64,000 nt of DNA from Eremomyces bilateralis CBS 781.70 (Eukaryota). The stretch is from NCBI GenBank assembly GCA_010015585.1, contig ML975155.1; one strand, 5' to 3'. The translations under genes and the position numbers were made by a program. Shown piece after piece: positions 10,489 through 21,872 of this stretch (positions within the stretch are counted from its first letter, which is position 1; every line of letters starts with the position of its first letter). Under the pieces are notes generated by a model, which did no database searches, was not told where the DNA came from, and saw only the letters and a program-made list of their open reading frames with translations.

Positions 10489-12061
10489 ATGGTGCTCAAG
10501 CCGAATAGTTGTGTCTTATATCAGAACGGAGTCATCATAACTTGCAACAAGAGGCGAGAAATATTCCTCGATGGGACTATTCTTGTGGAGGACGATCGAA
10601 TCGTCGCCATTGGAAAGTGGGATTTAGTTAAAACCCCTTCAAGTATGCAAAATGATTGCGAAATGATTGCGAAGTTAAGCTCTCCTGCTTTATACGTCAA
10701 TTCATTGACTCAAACACAGTACCATTCATGGTGGTGGATCTTCAAGAAATGGTCGTCGTTCCAGGTCTAATCAATACGCATGCTCATGTGGCGCACTCCA
10801 CCCTACGTGGGCTATTTAACCATTCCGACACTCGACCCCGGCAATTGCCAGGACTTCTTGCCACTGGAGTCCAGTTTCGAGGGAGATGATGGCTACATTG
10901 CCGCCTCGCTCACGATAGCCAAGATGATGAAGAGCGGAACAACCTGTTTCTTGGAGCCCATGCTGATGTACCGGACGAGGTCTTGACAATGTCATCCGAG
11001 CCGTCGGGGAGTCGAGCATCAGGACATGTCTGGTGAGTAAAACCTAGTTGATAGCCTAGGAGTGGATCTGATTCAATTAGGGAAGACTGGTCAGGGTTCC
11101 AGTGAGGAACGCGGAGATGAGCCTCGCAGATCCAGGAGAACAGGATGCCCGTAGAGTTACAATCCGGACTGTTGTGTACGACCACGGACGACATAACAAG
11201 TCATTCAATGGATGCGTCCACATATGGATTAGTGCCAGTACCCCGTCAGAGCCCTCCCAAGTCCATTTACCGTATGCAAGTATAGGTTGGAGGTGCCAAG
11301 AGAATGGCATCGGGATGACAATGCATTGCACTGAAACTCCAAGTGACCTTCAAATATTCAAGGAACACTATAAGAAATCGCCCATGCAATTCTGCGAGTC
11401 GGAATACATCGCCGGACCGAGGACAGTTCTCGCGCACATGGCTCATCTTGACCTCGACGTGGATCTAGATATTCTCCGCGATACGGAGACAAGCGTCTCG
11501 CATAGTCTGGCCAGCGACCTCAAGTTCAGCAACGGCACTGCTCCAGTTGTTGAGATGTTGAACAAAGGAGTCAACGTTGCTCTTGGCACGGGCGCTCCCT
11601 ATAACGACACATATGACATGTTCCGAGGGATGCAAGTCACAGCCATGCTCCATGCTGGGCAGATTCGATCATGGGGGGTCCTTATGATGGTTACGGTCTT
11701 TGGCGCACGGGCTCTCAGACTCGAGAACGATATCGGGAGCCGCGAAGTTGGCAAGAAAGCGGACTTCGTCGCCATCTCCAACAAAGGGCTACATTGCGCT
11801 CCATTCGATGCTACACTGTGCTTCGAAGGGGGTCTTGATCCAGTCACAGTGGTCGTTCATAGCTGCACAGGGAGAGACATCCAGCGAGTGGTTGTGGACG
11901 GAAAGACTCTCGTCCAGAACGGCAAACTGGTTTATATGGATGAGGGGCGAATTTGCGAAGCCGCAAGGCAAGCGGGTCGGGGGGTGAAGAATAGGTCAGG
12001 GGTTCTCTCCTCTAAGCACAACTGCTGCTTTGCTTTAGAGCCCATCCCCTCGCGTTGCTGA
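10489..12061 (+). pseudogene. Amidohydrolase (MTA/SAH deaminase, TrzA/AtzA-like) pseudogene
   Basis: PGLINTHAH, KSGTTCFLE, MHCTE and GSREVGKKADFV motifs are split across frames, with shifts near 10815-10845 and 10975. The metal-binding GTDG motif reads GTG. Confidence 0.8.
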
Positions 12062-12801
12062 GCGGCCAATGGCTCCTCTCCACAACCACATGCTTAAAGC
12101 ACTCCGCCCATAATACCGCCTCGCAGCTCATACTTCAGGATATTGACATGATCCATCTAGATTTTGTCCAAGCTTCAAACAGCCGCTCTTAAAGAACGTA
12201 CCTTTCCGCGAGAGTATGGATGATCCGGGCAAATACATGTGATTCTTACTGCCGCTGGATGAGCCAACCAAGGGCTCCGTAAGGGCATCTGGGGTGTTCG
12301 TTCTTCGCGACAGCCTATCATTAGGTTAGGAAACAATAGATATAACAACCTTTCTTCCCCGGAGAAAATTAATGCGGCATTGATATTAGGAGAAGCGTCG
12401 TTTTTGGCTTTTGATCTGGTGAGGCGCTGCCTGCGACACCAAACGAAGCCTCTACCATCACTCTCCAGGACATCATCATCGTGGGGATACAATCCAGGCC
12501 TTGATTAAGTAGGTGGGACGAGTCTCGTCAAGAAGCTACCATGTCCGCCATCGATCGAAAGATGATGATGATCAAACCTTCTATCCCTTGATCGATCCAT
12601 CACCTCGTACCTACACCCTCGTCCGCAGACAGTTAAATTCGACAATACCTAGTCTCTACAAACCATGCCCGAACCATATGCCCGACCTACTAGTAAATTG
12701 CGAACAACTAACTCGTTGTCTTATCTACTCTTACTTTTCAGGTGTGAGTGGAAAGGCTCAAACTCCTCTTTCTCCTTCGACCCCCGCGTTCTTCTTCTTC
12801 A

Positions 12802-13860
12802 TTAAGATCCTTTTCTGCTTCCATCCACTATCTCCTTTTGGACTCTACCGCCTACTCTTCGTTTGAAGAGGAAAGAGACTTGCCCCTGATCGCTCGTGAG
12901 CTCCCCGATATTACTCGACTGGTCCTCCATGTCCATAGTAACCAGTTTCCGTCGTCCAGCAAAACCAGTAAATGCGAGCGGAGTTAGGATCGCCCCAGTA
13001 AATAGTGCGAACAGATACTCAATAGACACCTCCTCGAGCGGCCGCTACGTCACGTTACGGTATAAGCTTAGAAACCGCCTCGACGGGCCCAGATCCAGTA
13101 CGCGGACTACCCAGGTTTTCGCCTTCGGGACCACGACCCAGCGTTTCGCGTCGAAGGTAGAGTGTAGATCGGAGCGCAGCAGTAGAGCATCGCGAGGATC
13201 GTCAGCCGAAGCAACCGACGGAAGAGGCAAGAAGCGTATTTCAACATTTCGTTCGATCCGAACTAACATTTCTCGGCTCGCGGGACGAGATGCGCGGCTT
13301 CAGGGCCTTCGTAGTGGGGGGTATTTCGACAGGATCCATCGCGCATCAGTGGTGTATCTGAGAGGCCAGTCCAACCGATCTCGTGGTTCGATCGAGGAAT
13401 TCGAAGTGCTTCGGACGTCCGACCGGGCGGAAGGTTGCGGTGCAGGAACTCGAAATGGTCGAAGGATGCGACGATAGGATACTTCTCGAGGTCTATATAA
13501 ACCCGGCCATCAGCAGCTAATAAATACATTTGCTGGCTCTTACTACGCACCTCGACCCTTATCATCCATCACTCGAAAGTAATAATCACACTCCATCAAG
13601 AGGCTATATTTCTCCACCTCCACCCGTCGCTCATCTCGCGTCCCGGACAGGAAACCTCCCCATGCGCAGTTCGCAACAACGGCACAAGCGGTCCACACAA
13701 GGCCGTGGTGAATCCCTCCGTCAGGACCATCGTGCACGCATAAAACAAGCAAGATATTACCTCCGTCAGGTTATCCGAGGTGACGAAAGGTGACGTTTTG
13801 AACTTTGCTGCGATTGGGAACACTGCTGTCGCTGTCACAATGGGATGGTGATAGGTAGGT
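12802..13860 (-). pseudogene. Fungal HNH endonuclease (HNH_2-like) protein pseudogene
   Basis: Fragments FRHLG*PD..NILLVL..DGGIHHG..ACAVVAN, EAAHLVPR, DDPRDALLLRSDLHSTFD and LYRNVT*RPL..EYLFA lie in several frames with stops. Boundaries are approximate. Confidence 0.7.
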
Positions 13861-14147
13861 TGCTTGGAGTTGAGCAGTAGAACTGCTGGTAGATACCTGA
13901 GCCTGCATATAATTGGCAACGGACAATCAAGTTGACGGTATCGCTGGAGAAAGAGGCCGGTAGATGTAATATTAAGTCAGGCAGAGTAAGTTTGGGTGCA
14001 TCCGGGATCATGTTGTTTTTGTTTACTGGAGGGGATGCATTCATTGTTATCAAAGTGAGCAGACAAATGAACAGAATCTTCTGGCTGTTTCTTGCTTATT
14101 CAGTACATACCTTACTGCTCACTGTACTTCTTCACAGAATCCCTTCA

Positions 14148-14215
14148 TTGCTAGCTAGACATTTCCGTACCAAAGACATCGGCCCGGCCAAGTACTTGCT
14201 TGGCCTCAAGGTCTA
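14148..14215 (+). mobile_element. Ty1/copia reverse transcriptase remnant
   Basis: LLARHFRTKDIGPAKYLLGLKV resembles the copia RT motif F.MKDLG.AKY.LG.EI. Very short, and no LTRs are visible. Confidence 0.5.
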
Positions 14216-14404
14216 TGTCTACCCAAGGGATCGTGTAGACATGGTCGAGAAGACGTAGATGGAATTTGAGAGTGTGTACTTTTAAGCACTTGGCAGTTGA
14301 CAGTTACCAGTAACCAGACACCAGTATATTTCTTCAGTACTTAGATGTTTCCTCACGGTTCGGCCCGCTGCGCCTGGTAGTTGGTAGGCTCGTCCATCCT
14401 GCGA

Positions 14405-14451
14405 CTGAAGTCACTGATCACTGAACTGACTGATCACTGAAGTCACTGAAC
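14405..14451. repeat. Short ACTGA-based tandem repeat cluster
   Basis: actgaagtcactgatcactgaactgactgatcactgaagtcactgaac. Confidence 0.7.
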
Positions 14452-14459
14452 GCCACCTA

Positions 14460-15031
14460 CCCAGCGACCGAAAGGTGGAAAAAACCCGACGAGGAAACGA
14501 GGCTGTTTCCTCTGGGAAGTTCCGCTTTTAGATGGGTTCGTTCACTGATGGCGCCACGGAAGCCAAGTGTAGCCACTTTGATCGAATGAAAGGGGATCAC
14601 CTTCGAACATGCACCACGCACCATTTCATCACCGACCTTATAAGTTATGATACTATGTCTATGGATAATAGAGCACACTGCGTCATTGACATTATTGTTG
14701 ACTGCTTTATCGACATCGGTTGGGCCTTCGATCTTCTATGATACTTCGTCCTTCTGTGTCATGGGGTCTGGAATTTCGCTGTCGCCGAGCCCTATCGGGG
14801 TCGGGCGCCCGCTTCTTTGACTATGGGTTGACCTGATACTACTGTAGGTGTGTTGGGTCCAAGCCACAGAGCAACTCTCTCCTTTTCGATAGCATATGCG
14901 GCGATGTTAGTATTGACTTTTCCGAACATCACATACCCCCGATCTTCTATAAAATACCCTGTCCATGCCTCGTGTGTCTGCCATACGGTCTCGAATGTCG
15001 TGTTGATCGATAATACCAGCTCGTTCGCCAA
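14460..15031 (-). pseudogene. Decayed fragment of an unidentified protein gene
   Basis: Protein-like stretch (GYVMFGKVNTNIAAYAIEKERVALWLGPNTP) broken by stops and frame changes. Family not recognised. Confidence 0.3.
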
Positions 15032-15299
15032 CTAAATAAATCTATAAGGAAAATATCCTGGATTTTCTCGGGTTTCTAGAGGGGATTTTGGTTATTTTCC
15101 CTAGGCGCTTCGCTTTCGTGCCAAACTCACCCCTGGCTTGGGTGTCTAGTCTATAAATAGTCGACTAACCAATCCTTTGCCAGTGGTATCCATCGCACTT
15201 CCTCGCTCCAGCGACTTCGTGTTGGGAGTTGCCCGGTCTGCACTCCACGTCCTTGTATAACCGTTTCAGACGGGAAAGATGAACGATAACAGGAACTCA

Positions 15300-16355
15300 T
15301 TAAGCATCGGCTAACTCGAGCTCATCCATATCATCCGAAACACCGTCCGGAGAAACACAGCATATTCCGCAGAAAGTTCCGTTTCCGCCCTCCTTCTCAC
15401 CTGCCGCAATAATAGATGCCACCAGCGCGGCCGCGGTTGGACGCTTCTTTCGCTGTGGTATGAGCATGTCCTGAGTTTACTCTACCACTGCGTTATCGTA
15501 TCGATTTCTAGTCTCTTTAAGCTCTGCAACAAGCTCATTAAAGCCATCAGGATTGGTACGGACGTAAGCATTCTCCGATCCATGACTCTTAAGAAAATCA
15601 TGTACATACTCAACTGCTCTGCCCTTAAGTACCGCGACCATCTCAAGGAAGACAACACCTAAGCTCCAGATATCAGACGATGTATTTCGAGATTCACGGT
15701 CAGCCACTTCTGGCGCACAGTACCGCGCCGTGCTCCAATTGACTGTGCCGAACGTAGTACTGCCTGCTGCATCCGTAAAGTCGCGCGATATCCCGAAGTC
15801 CGTAAACAAGACTTTTCCGCCATAAACCAAGATATTCGCTGGCTTGATGTCCTTGTGCCGAATCTTTTGCTCATGTAGAAACTCAAGGGCCGTCGGGAGA
15901 CAACCGAAGAAGGTACGCAGTTCGCCATATCTAGCTGTATCGGCGCAAGAAAGATAGGTAATTAGGTTCATTTCGGCAACTGGATATATAATCAAACCTA
16001 GGTATTTGGAATCGGTGTAACTCCCCACAAACTTTACCACGTGTCGGTGGTAAAGGCGTTTTAGGATTTCGATCTCCGCGATGAACTGCTTCATATGTTC
16101 CGTTTGCTCTTCTCTGAAGAAGGTGGCGCGAAGTACCCGTTTACGTGCGTAATTTCGGGGGGTGTTCAAGCTGCGAACGAAGTCAACCTGCGAGAAGCTT
16201 CCTGAGCCGAGAATACGTATCGCTTTGAATGGAAGACGCTCGCCCGGTTGAAAGTACTGACGTTGACCTTTTCCACCTCTTTCAGGATCTATCGATGGGG
16301 TGATAACCAGGGTTTGAGCGGTTGCAAACTCCGTCCGCTGGCTAGGAAGGAGGCA
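15300..16355 (-). pseudogene. Ser/Thr protein kinase, 5'-truncated with a premature stop
   Basis: LGSGSFSQV, YARKR, HKDIKPANILV, DFG, APE and DIWSLG motifs. TAA at 15477-15479 interrupts ...VVE*TQDML...RPTA...FCGICC, which continues to TAA at 15300. No native start. Confidence 0.8.
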
Positions 16356-16356
16356 A

Positions 16357-16826
16357 TTGACAGAGAATCCTGGATTCGAACCTTTAAAAGACATATACCG
16401 CCATCCGAACGCGCAATCTAGTCAAGCGGATGGCAACTATCGCAAGTCGTACGACATCTACAGTCTAGGCGTCGTGATGACCGAAATTGCACTCTGGAAG
16501 CGCATCGAGGACATCATAGGACTGGAGAATCCCCAAAGTCTAAGCCGTCCGCGCTTCGAGGAATACAGCTCCGGCCCCTAGAGAAATCGTTGGCCTAGAA
16601 TGCAGGTCTGCTGTCGGTCACAGCGGACACTGAACCCTGTCTACAGCAAGTAGCCTCTGCATGTGGCGATTCGTTCTGCGATGTTATCGAGTGCTGCCTC
16701 AAAATGGATACTATAGAAAAGCCTGAGTATTTAGGGGAACAGGAAGCATCGATTGCTTTGAGGCTGCAAAGAGTCACTGAATTGAATGTTGTGAAGAAGT
16801 TGAAGCGTCTTGCTGGGGTAGTGTGA
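16357..16826 (+). pseudogene. C-terminal fragment of a fungal kinase-like protein (type often fused to HeLo-like domains)
   Basis: DIYRHP..Q...YDIYSLGVVMTEIALW, then a frameshift to ACGDSFCDVIECCL...VVKKL*. The N-terminus is missing. Confidence 0.7.
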
Positions 16827-17212
16827 AGGCTGAGGACTGAGGAATATGCGGGGACAGTGTCGCTCTCCTATAATATACTTTACATCGCATATTTTAACTC
16901 ACTGTTGTTTATAAGTTATGTTTTTGGTTGGTTAAAGGAAATTTGCTATTAATTCCGATATTGTGCTTTTCTGGATCGACGTCTTCCTGCTTTGGCCACT
17001 TGGGGCGGGGGGGTGCGGCATATATGTTCAGTACTTACTTTAAAAGTAGTCGGGATCTCAGCTCTATGGGCAAAGGCTTACTATTAATTCTTGCAATAAT
17101 TATATGACGTATTTCCGGAGTAGCGCGAAGGATATGAGTGGATATGTTAATATATCAGTTGTTTCAAGTCGGCATTTGGCAATACTTAATAAATGATACG
17201 CCAACTGCCAGT

Positions 17213-18055
17213 TCAGTAGACTCCAGGGAACAGTTTGTATGTCACTTTCGCCTTATACTGTCTCCACTGCTCTCCATATCGGAACGACATGTACTCATCC
17301 ATCGTCGCAACTCCCCTTGTCCCTAAATCACTCCCATGGACTGCCGCCGTTGCCAGAGCTCCAATCCAACCGGTTGCCGCGAGGACATAAGCCGATCTCC
17401 AGAGGACGTATCCCCCATAATTTATATGCCTAGCATACTTCCAGAACCCAACCGTGCAGACCTTGCCCTGATTCTCCGGCTTGTCCTTGAACACCTTCCT
17501 CTGATGGTCGGAGCCGGTCTCGAATAAGGTGCCGAGAAGAAATCCGGCGAAACCGATGACGATCGATGCGGGGAGGTCGATTCGGGGAATGCGCCAGGTA
17601 GAATTGATACTCGAGGTCGCAGCCGAAGTGATTAGAATGGAGCCGATAACGTTCATCAAGGAAGTGTACACGGTCATAGCTAGAGCAGACTTCACTGCGA
17701 ACTTCTCATTCGAGAGGAACCCGATCCAGTAATAATGCCGCATCGCGCCGCCTACGGTCATCAGGAGCATGATCAGTTGCGGGAGCGGCAAACCCAAGGA
17801 ATCGATTGCGGTGAAGCCGGTCCGGAAAGCAGGTTGCGCGGAAATCGGCGTCAGGCCCAGTTTCATGAGTAGTGATGCCCCCAGTCCTCTGCCGAGGAGG
17901 GCATACTGAAGAGGGATGTCGAGGGTGCGTAAGCCGATGAAGGTGAGGGTGCCTGCTGGTGAAGGTCCTCTGACGCCACGGCTAATCAGGTCGACATATT
18001 TTGGATTCTTTGATTTATACGGCTCACTAGAGCCTCGAGGTTTAGAATCGGCCAT
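17213..18055 (-). CDS. DUF1295 / steroid 5-alpha-reductase-like membrane protein
   Basis: Intact 280-aa ORF with E..SD.QR..FK..PENQGK.CT.G.W.YARHINYGGY and MDEYM..RYG.QW..YK..V.YKL.PG.Y motifs. Confidence 0.85.
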   Translation of the reverse strand: MADSKPRGSSEPYKSKNPKYVDLISRGVRGPSPAGTLTFIGLRTLDIPLQYALLGRGLGASLLMKLGLTPISAQPAFRTGFTAIDSLGLPLPQLIMLLMTVGGAMRHYYWIGFLSNEKFAVKSALAMTVYTSLMNVIGSILITSAATSSINSTWRIPRIDLPASIVIGFAGFLLGTLFETGSDHQRKVFKDKPENQGKVCTVGFWKYARHINYGGYVLWRSAYVLAATGWIGALATAAVHGSDLGTRGVATMDEYMSFRYGEQWRQYKAKVTYKLFPGVY

Positions 18056-18523
18056 GGTTGGTCCCGTGGCCTGAATCGATTGGTATAGGGTGAAGAGGGA
18101 GCGAACATGCGTCGAATATTATCGCAAGGTCCTCAATGGAAATTCCTGGGAGCTGGGTATTATTCCATTGCAGTCGTTGAATTTACTTATAAACACGGGC
18201 AGTTCTCAATTATTATCATTTAGAATGAAGCTCCGCTAGCCCCGTTAGACTACTCGGGGGATATGCCAGCATCATTCCGAGAATAGACAAAGTTTCGGCC
18301 GTAAAATTAGCGCTTATCTTCAAAGTTCAAAGCATTTCTTTCCATGACTAGGGAAAATCGGCATTTGGCAATGTTTAAGAGCCGACAGACCAATCAACGG
18401 AATATGGATTACGACCGCACGGGAGGCTAGAACCCGGGAGGAATCGAAGAACAGACTTGTTGGCTGTTGCGTGAAATGATGAAGCATAATGAAGGATGAT
18501 GATCTTTCATTCGGTACTATCGG

Positions 18524-18639
18524 TTTCTATGACTTACTTACCCTCGTCAACGTCAATGCGTGTACGCAGAATTTGACAATTAGCTAGTGAAAGGCGCATA
18601 CACGCGCTGATAAGGGGGTAGGCAAGGGAGTCATAGAAA
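18524..18639. repeat. Imperfect foldback / MITE-like inverted repeat
   Basis: Perfect 11-bp terminal arms TTTCTATGACT / AGTCATAGAAA. Inner arms (tacttaccc / gggtaggca; gcgtgtacgc / gcatacacgc) differ mostly by transitions. Confidence 0.65.
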
Positions 18640-19094
18640 ACGGGGGGACCTAAGGCTTTCTAGCAACTCAGTGCAGTCAGTGGTCATAATACTTAAGGTT
18701 TGGGCTTTGGAGGTTTAAGCTTGGCAATTTTGACCCACTTGCCGTACATAGATACTCCTAATTCCGCCCCTTCTATCGCCCTTGTCCTCTTCTACCCGCT
18801 TTGTTCCATCCCATCCGTGCCACCCCGTCGCCGGAGGCAACTGGCCCTCTTATTACAGTCTACACTCTCCTGAGGTTCAGTGGAGTCTGCATAATGAAGA
18901 AGACAATTGGGATTTTGAACCCGTAATCAATGCACGAGGTCGGCGTTGCTAGTCTAATTCTGGGATGGTTTCCAGGAACCGTCAGCATTGCTTGAAGACA
19001 CGGCGCTTGTCTAGGATTCACGTCGCTTTCTAGGTATATATATAGAACCGGACCGGACGATAGATGCAGGAAATAACTTGTCTGTTGTTGTGTG

Positions 19095-21471
19095 CAGTGC
19101 GGCCAACGGTAAGCCCACAGTAAAACGGTAATTTTACCGTTACTGCGGTAATTCACAGTAAAAGCTTGGCATTCCGCACAACTTAGAATACAACTCGAAG
19201 ATAGACATTTAAACATGAATAATGGCCTCAGAATTCGAGCAATCTATTCTAGATCAGAGTATTGACACTCTTGAGACGGAATCTCTAGGTTCTACTCTCC
19301 CAATCCGCCGAAAGAAATCCTCTCCAATTCATGAGCATACTCGTACAAAAGAGCCTCATGAGCCTGAGCGTGATCAAAATGGCAATATTATCTACTATTG
19401 TAGATATTGCCCAAGCAAATCATCTTCAACAAGTGGTCTTCGGTCCCACTTAAAGAGCAAACATGACATTGATTCTGCTTCATCCGTACAAGCTCGTACA
19501 AAGAATACGCAGGATTCAATTTCCACGCTATACTCGAGGCTCATGTCAGAGAATGCGGCTGAGAACCTAAATCAGGAGGTCCTCAAGCGAACAATCAACG
19601 AAAAGATGATCAATCAAACACTTTTAGACCTTATTATCGTACGAAAGCTTCCGTTCAGGATTGGAGAATGGCCTGAATTTCGGACCTTCTGCGCGGCATT
19701 GAATCCAGAGTCAATACCTTTCATTCCAAGTTCTCACACTACTATTTCAAAGAAGATCCAAGATTCTCTCCCCGAAGCAAAGGATATCGTACGAAAAGCT
19801 CTCCAATCTGCCAAAACAAGCATCCATCTTGCTGTAGATATCTGGACCTCTCCGAACAGATATCTTTTACTTGCAGTCTGCGGAACATTTGTTGATATAA
19901 ACGACCAGTTTTGGAATATCCTTCTTGCTCTTCGTCCGACCTATGGCCATAGTGGAGAAACTCAATGGAATACACTTCAACCTATTCTTGAAGAATACGG
20001 TATCCTAGAGAAAATTGGCACTGTTATCGGCGACAATTCTGGGACGAATGATACGCTATGTCGGTCGATCTCTCAATTCCTCGCGGAAGAGAAACGAATT
20101 GATTGGCATCCTACACAGCAAAGAATTCGCTGCCAAGGACATATCCTTAATCTTGTTGTTCAGGCTTTTTTCTTTCAAAGCGATGAGGAAGCTGTTCTGG
20201 AATCGTACGATCAACAAGATTCTGAGGATACAGAGCTGAGTGAAAGAGGTGAAAAGGATAGAGGCAACTTTATCCGCAATAAACTTGGTGTTTTGGGCAA
20301 GCTTCATAATATTGTTTCGCACATTCGTTCGTCCGCAATTCGAACACAGGAGTTTAAGAAGGCTGCTCAGAGGTTGATTCCAATGGACAATCGTACGAAA
20401 TGGAATAGCTGGTATACTATGTTGAAGGTTTCTCTAGAAGAGAAGATCAAGATTAGTGTTCAGCAATACATTGAAAAGCATCTTAAAGAGGGAACAATTG
20501 ATAAAAAGGATGTTCTTTCTATGGATGACTGGATTCAGCTTCGTATGATCGCCAGTTTTCTTGAACCCTTTGAGAATGCTACCCTTGAGATGCAAGGAAA
20601 GGAGCCAACGCTTGGTCGGATGCTGGAAAGTATGGATCTTTTACATGATCATTTTGATGAATATCTCGTAAGTCGTACGTCCTTTCGTTTAATCTATACT
20701 AAAGCTTTTATAGATAAATAAGAACTTTAAGCTCCACCATATCCGAGTTCAGCGTTCATATGCCAAGTTCTTGACTTACGTGGAGAAACTTCGCCTATCT
20801 CCGTATTACGCGGCAGCAAGAATTCTTCATCCAGAACGGCGTACGACCTGGCAAAAGGATGAAACAGGAGAGTGGCTCTCAACAGAGGACGAACAAATGA
20901 ATTGGAAGGTTAAACAGCTCTGGGAGAGGTTTCGGAAAAACCTACCACCTTCCTCCCTCCCATCGCACGAACAGACATCGAACGAGAATATATCTTCAGC
21001 CGAGCCAGTTGAGGAGCTCTCGAGTCTTCAAAAGCTTCGCCAAAAGCGCCGTGAAAGAGGTCGCCCACAAAGCCAGGATGAGTACGATTCCTATTGTGCT
21101 GAATCACCCTCGTATAACATTCAGCCACTTACACCACTTCAATGGTGGGCCCAGGAAGTGCAGCAACTACGATTTCCACAACTTTCACGGTTTGCCTTTG
21201 AGATCCTGTCAATTCCTGCGATGAGTGACAAGCCAGAGAGAGTGTTTTCAGGCGGCCGTCGTACGATTAGTTGGGATCGTGCTAGCATCAGTATGGAAGC
21301 AGTAGAGGCGGTCGAATGCTTGAAGGATTGGAAGGTTCAAGGCATCTTATTTAAGGAGTTTTAATATTAAAGAAGAGTATGTTGTACAGTGCCATTCTAA
21401 TCCGTAGAAGCATGAACGATGCCAAGTTTACCGTCAAGCTCGGACGGTAAAATTTACCGTTGGCCGCACTG
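19095..21471 (+). mobile_element. Full-length hAT-superfamily DNA transposon (2377 bp)
   Basis: Perfect 18-bp TIRs CAGTGCGGCCAACGGTAA / TTACCGTTGGCCGCACTG. Perfect 8-bp TSD GTTGTGTG at 19087-19094 and 21472-21479. Subterminal ACGGTAA/TTACCGT repeats. Confidence 0.97.
19222..21364 (+). CDS. hAT transposase (about 698 aa after splicing)
   Basis: BED zinc finger (CRYC...HLKSKH), DIWTS, GDNSGTND, RCQGH and the C-terminal dimerisation domain (WW...FPQLSRFAFEILSIPAMS..PERVFS). A phase-0 intron at 20668-20713 joins the two ORFs in frame. Confidence 0.93.
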
Positions 21472-21654
21472 GTTGTGTGCTATTCGTAACAGCACGAGGT
21501 CAATCGCTAATTGAATCGGTTTAATCCACAAGCCTGCTGTGTGTAGGTGCGGTCTACCCCCCAGGTTAAATTAACCAACACGTAAATGCTACAACGAGCT
21601 GACCCACTGTCCTGAAACTTCAGCGTATGAACCTCATCACTCATCGCTCAGGTC

Positions 21655-21872
21655 CACATCCATCATGCTAGATTTGCTGAAGAACCGTCGCGCTTCGGCC
21701 ACGCGGTTGATGGTGAGATAGTAGACGCCGATGGCCAGTCAAGAGGCGGTGCTCTTCCGGATGGTTGTCGGCGAAGTCATGACATGCTGCGAAGTTGTAG
21801 CGGTCTTTGGAGAGGACCGCTTCGGTTAGGATCAATGCGTTGCGGAAACGGCATTAGGTGAAGAGGAGATCG
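21655..21872 (-). pseudogene. Fragment of APC/C subunit CDC16/Cut9
   Basis: Reads DLLFT*CRFRNALILTEAVLSKDRYNFA..HDFADNHPEE / LAIGVYYLTINRVAEARRFFSKSSMMD, matching the Cdc16 TPR region with a stop, an internal deletion and a frameshift. Confidence 0.7.

Noticed and set aside
14405..14451. CRISPR-like repeat array
   Set aside because: The genome is eukaryotic, units are 5-9 bp, there are no unique spacers and no cas genes.
20721..20771. Transposase split into two ORFs, suggesting a pseudogene or frameshift
   Set aside because: A canonical GTAAGT...TAG intron (20668-20713) joins the two ORFs in frame.
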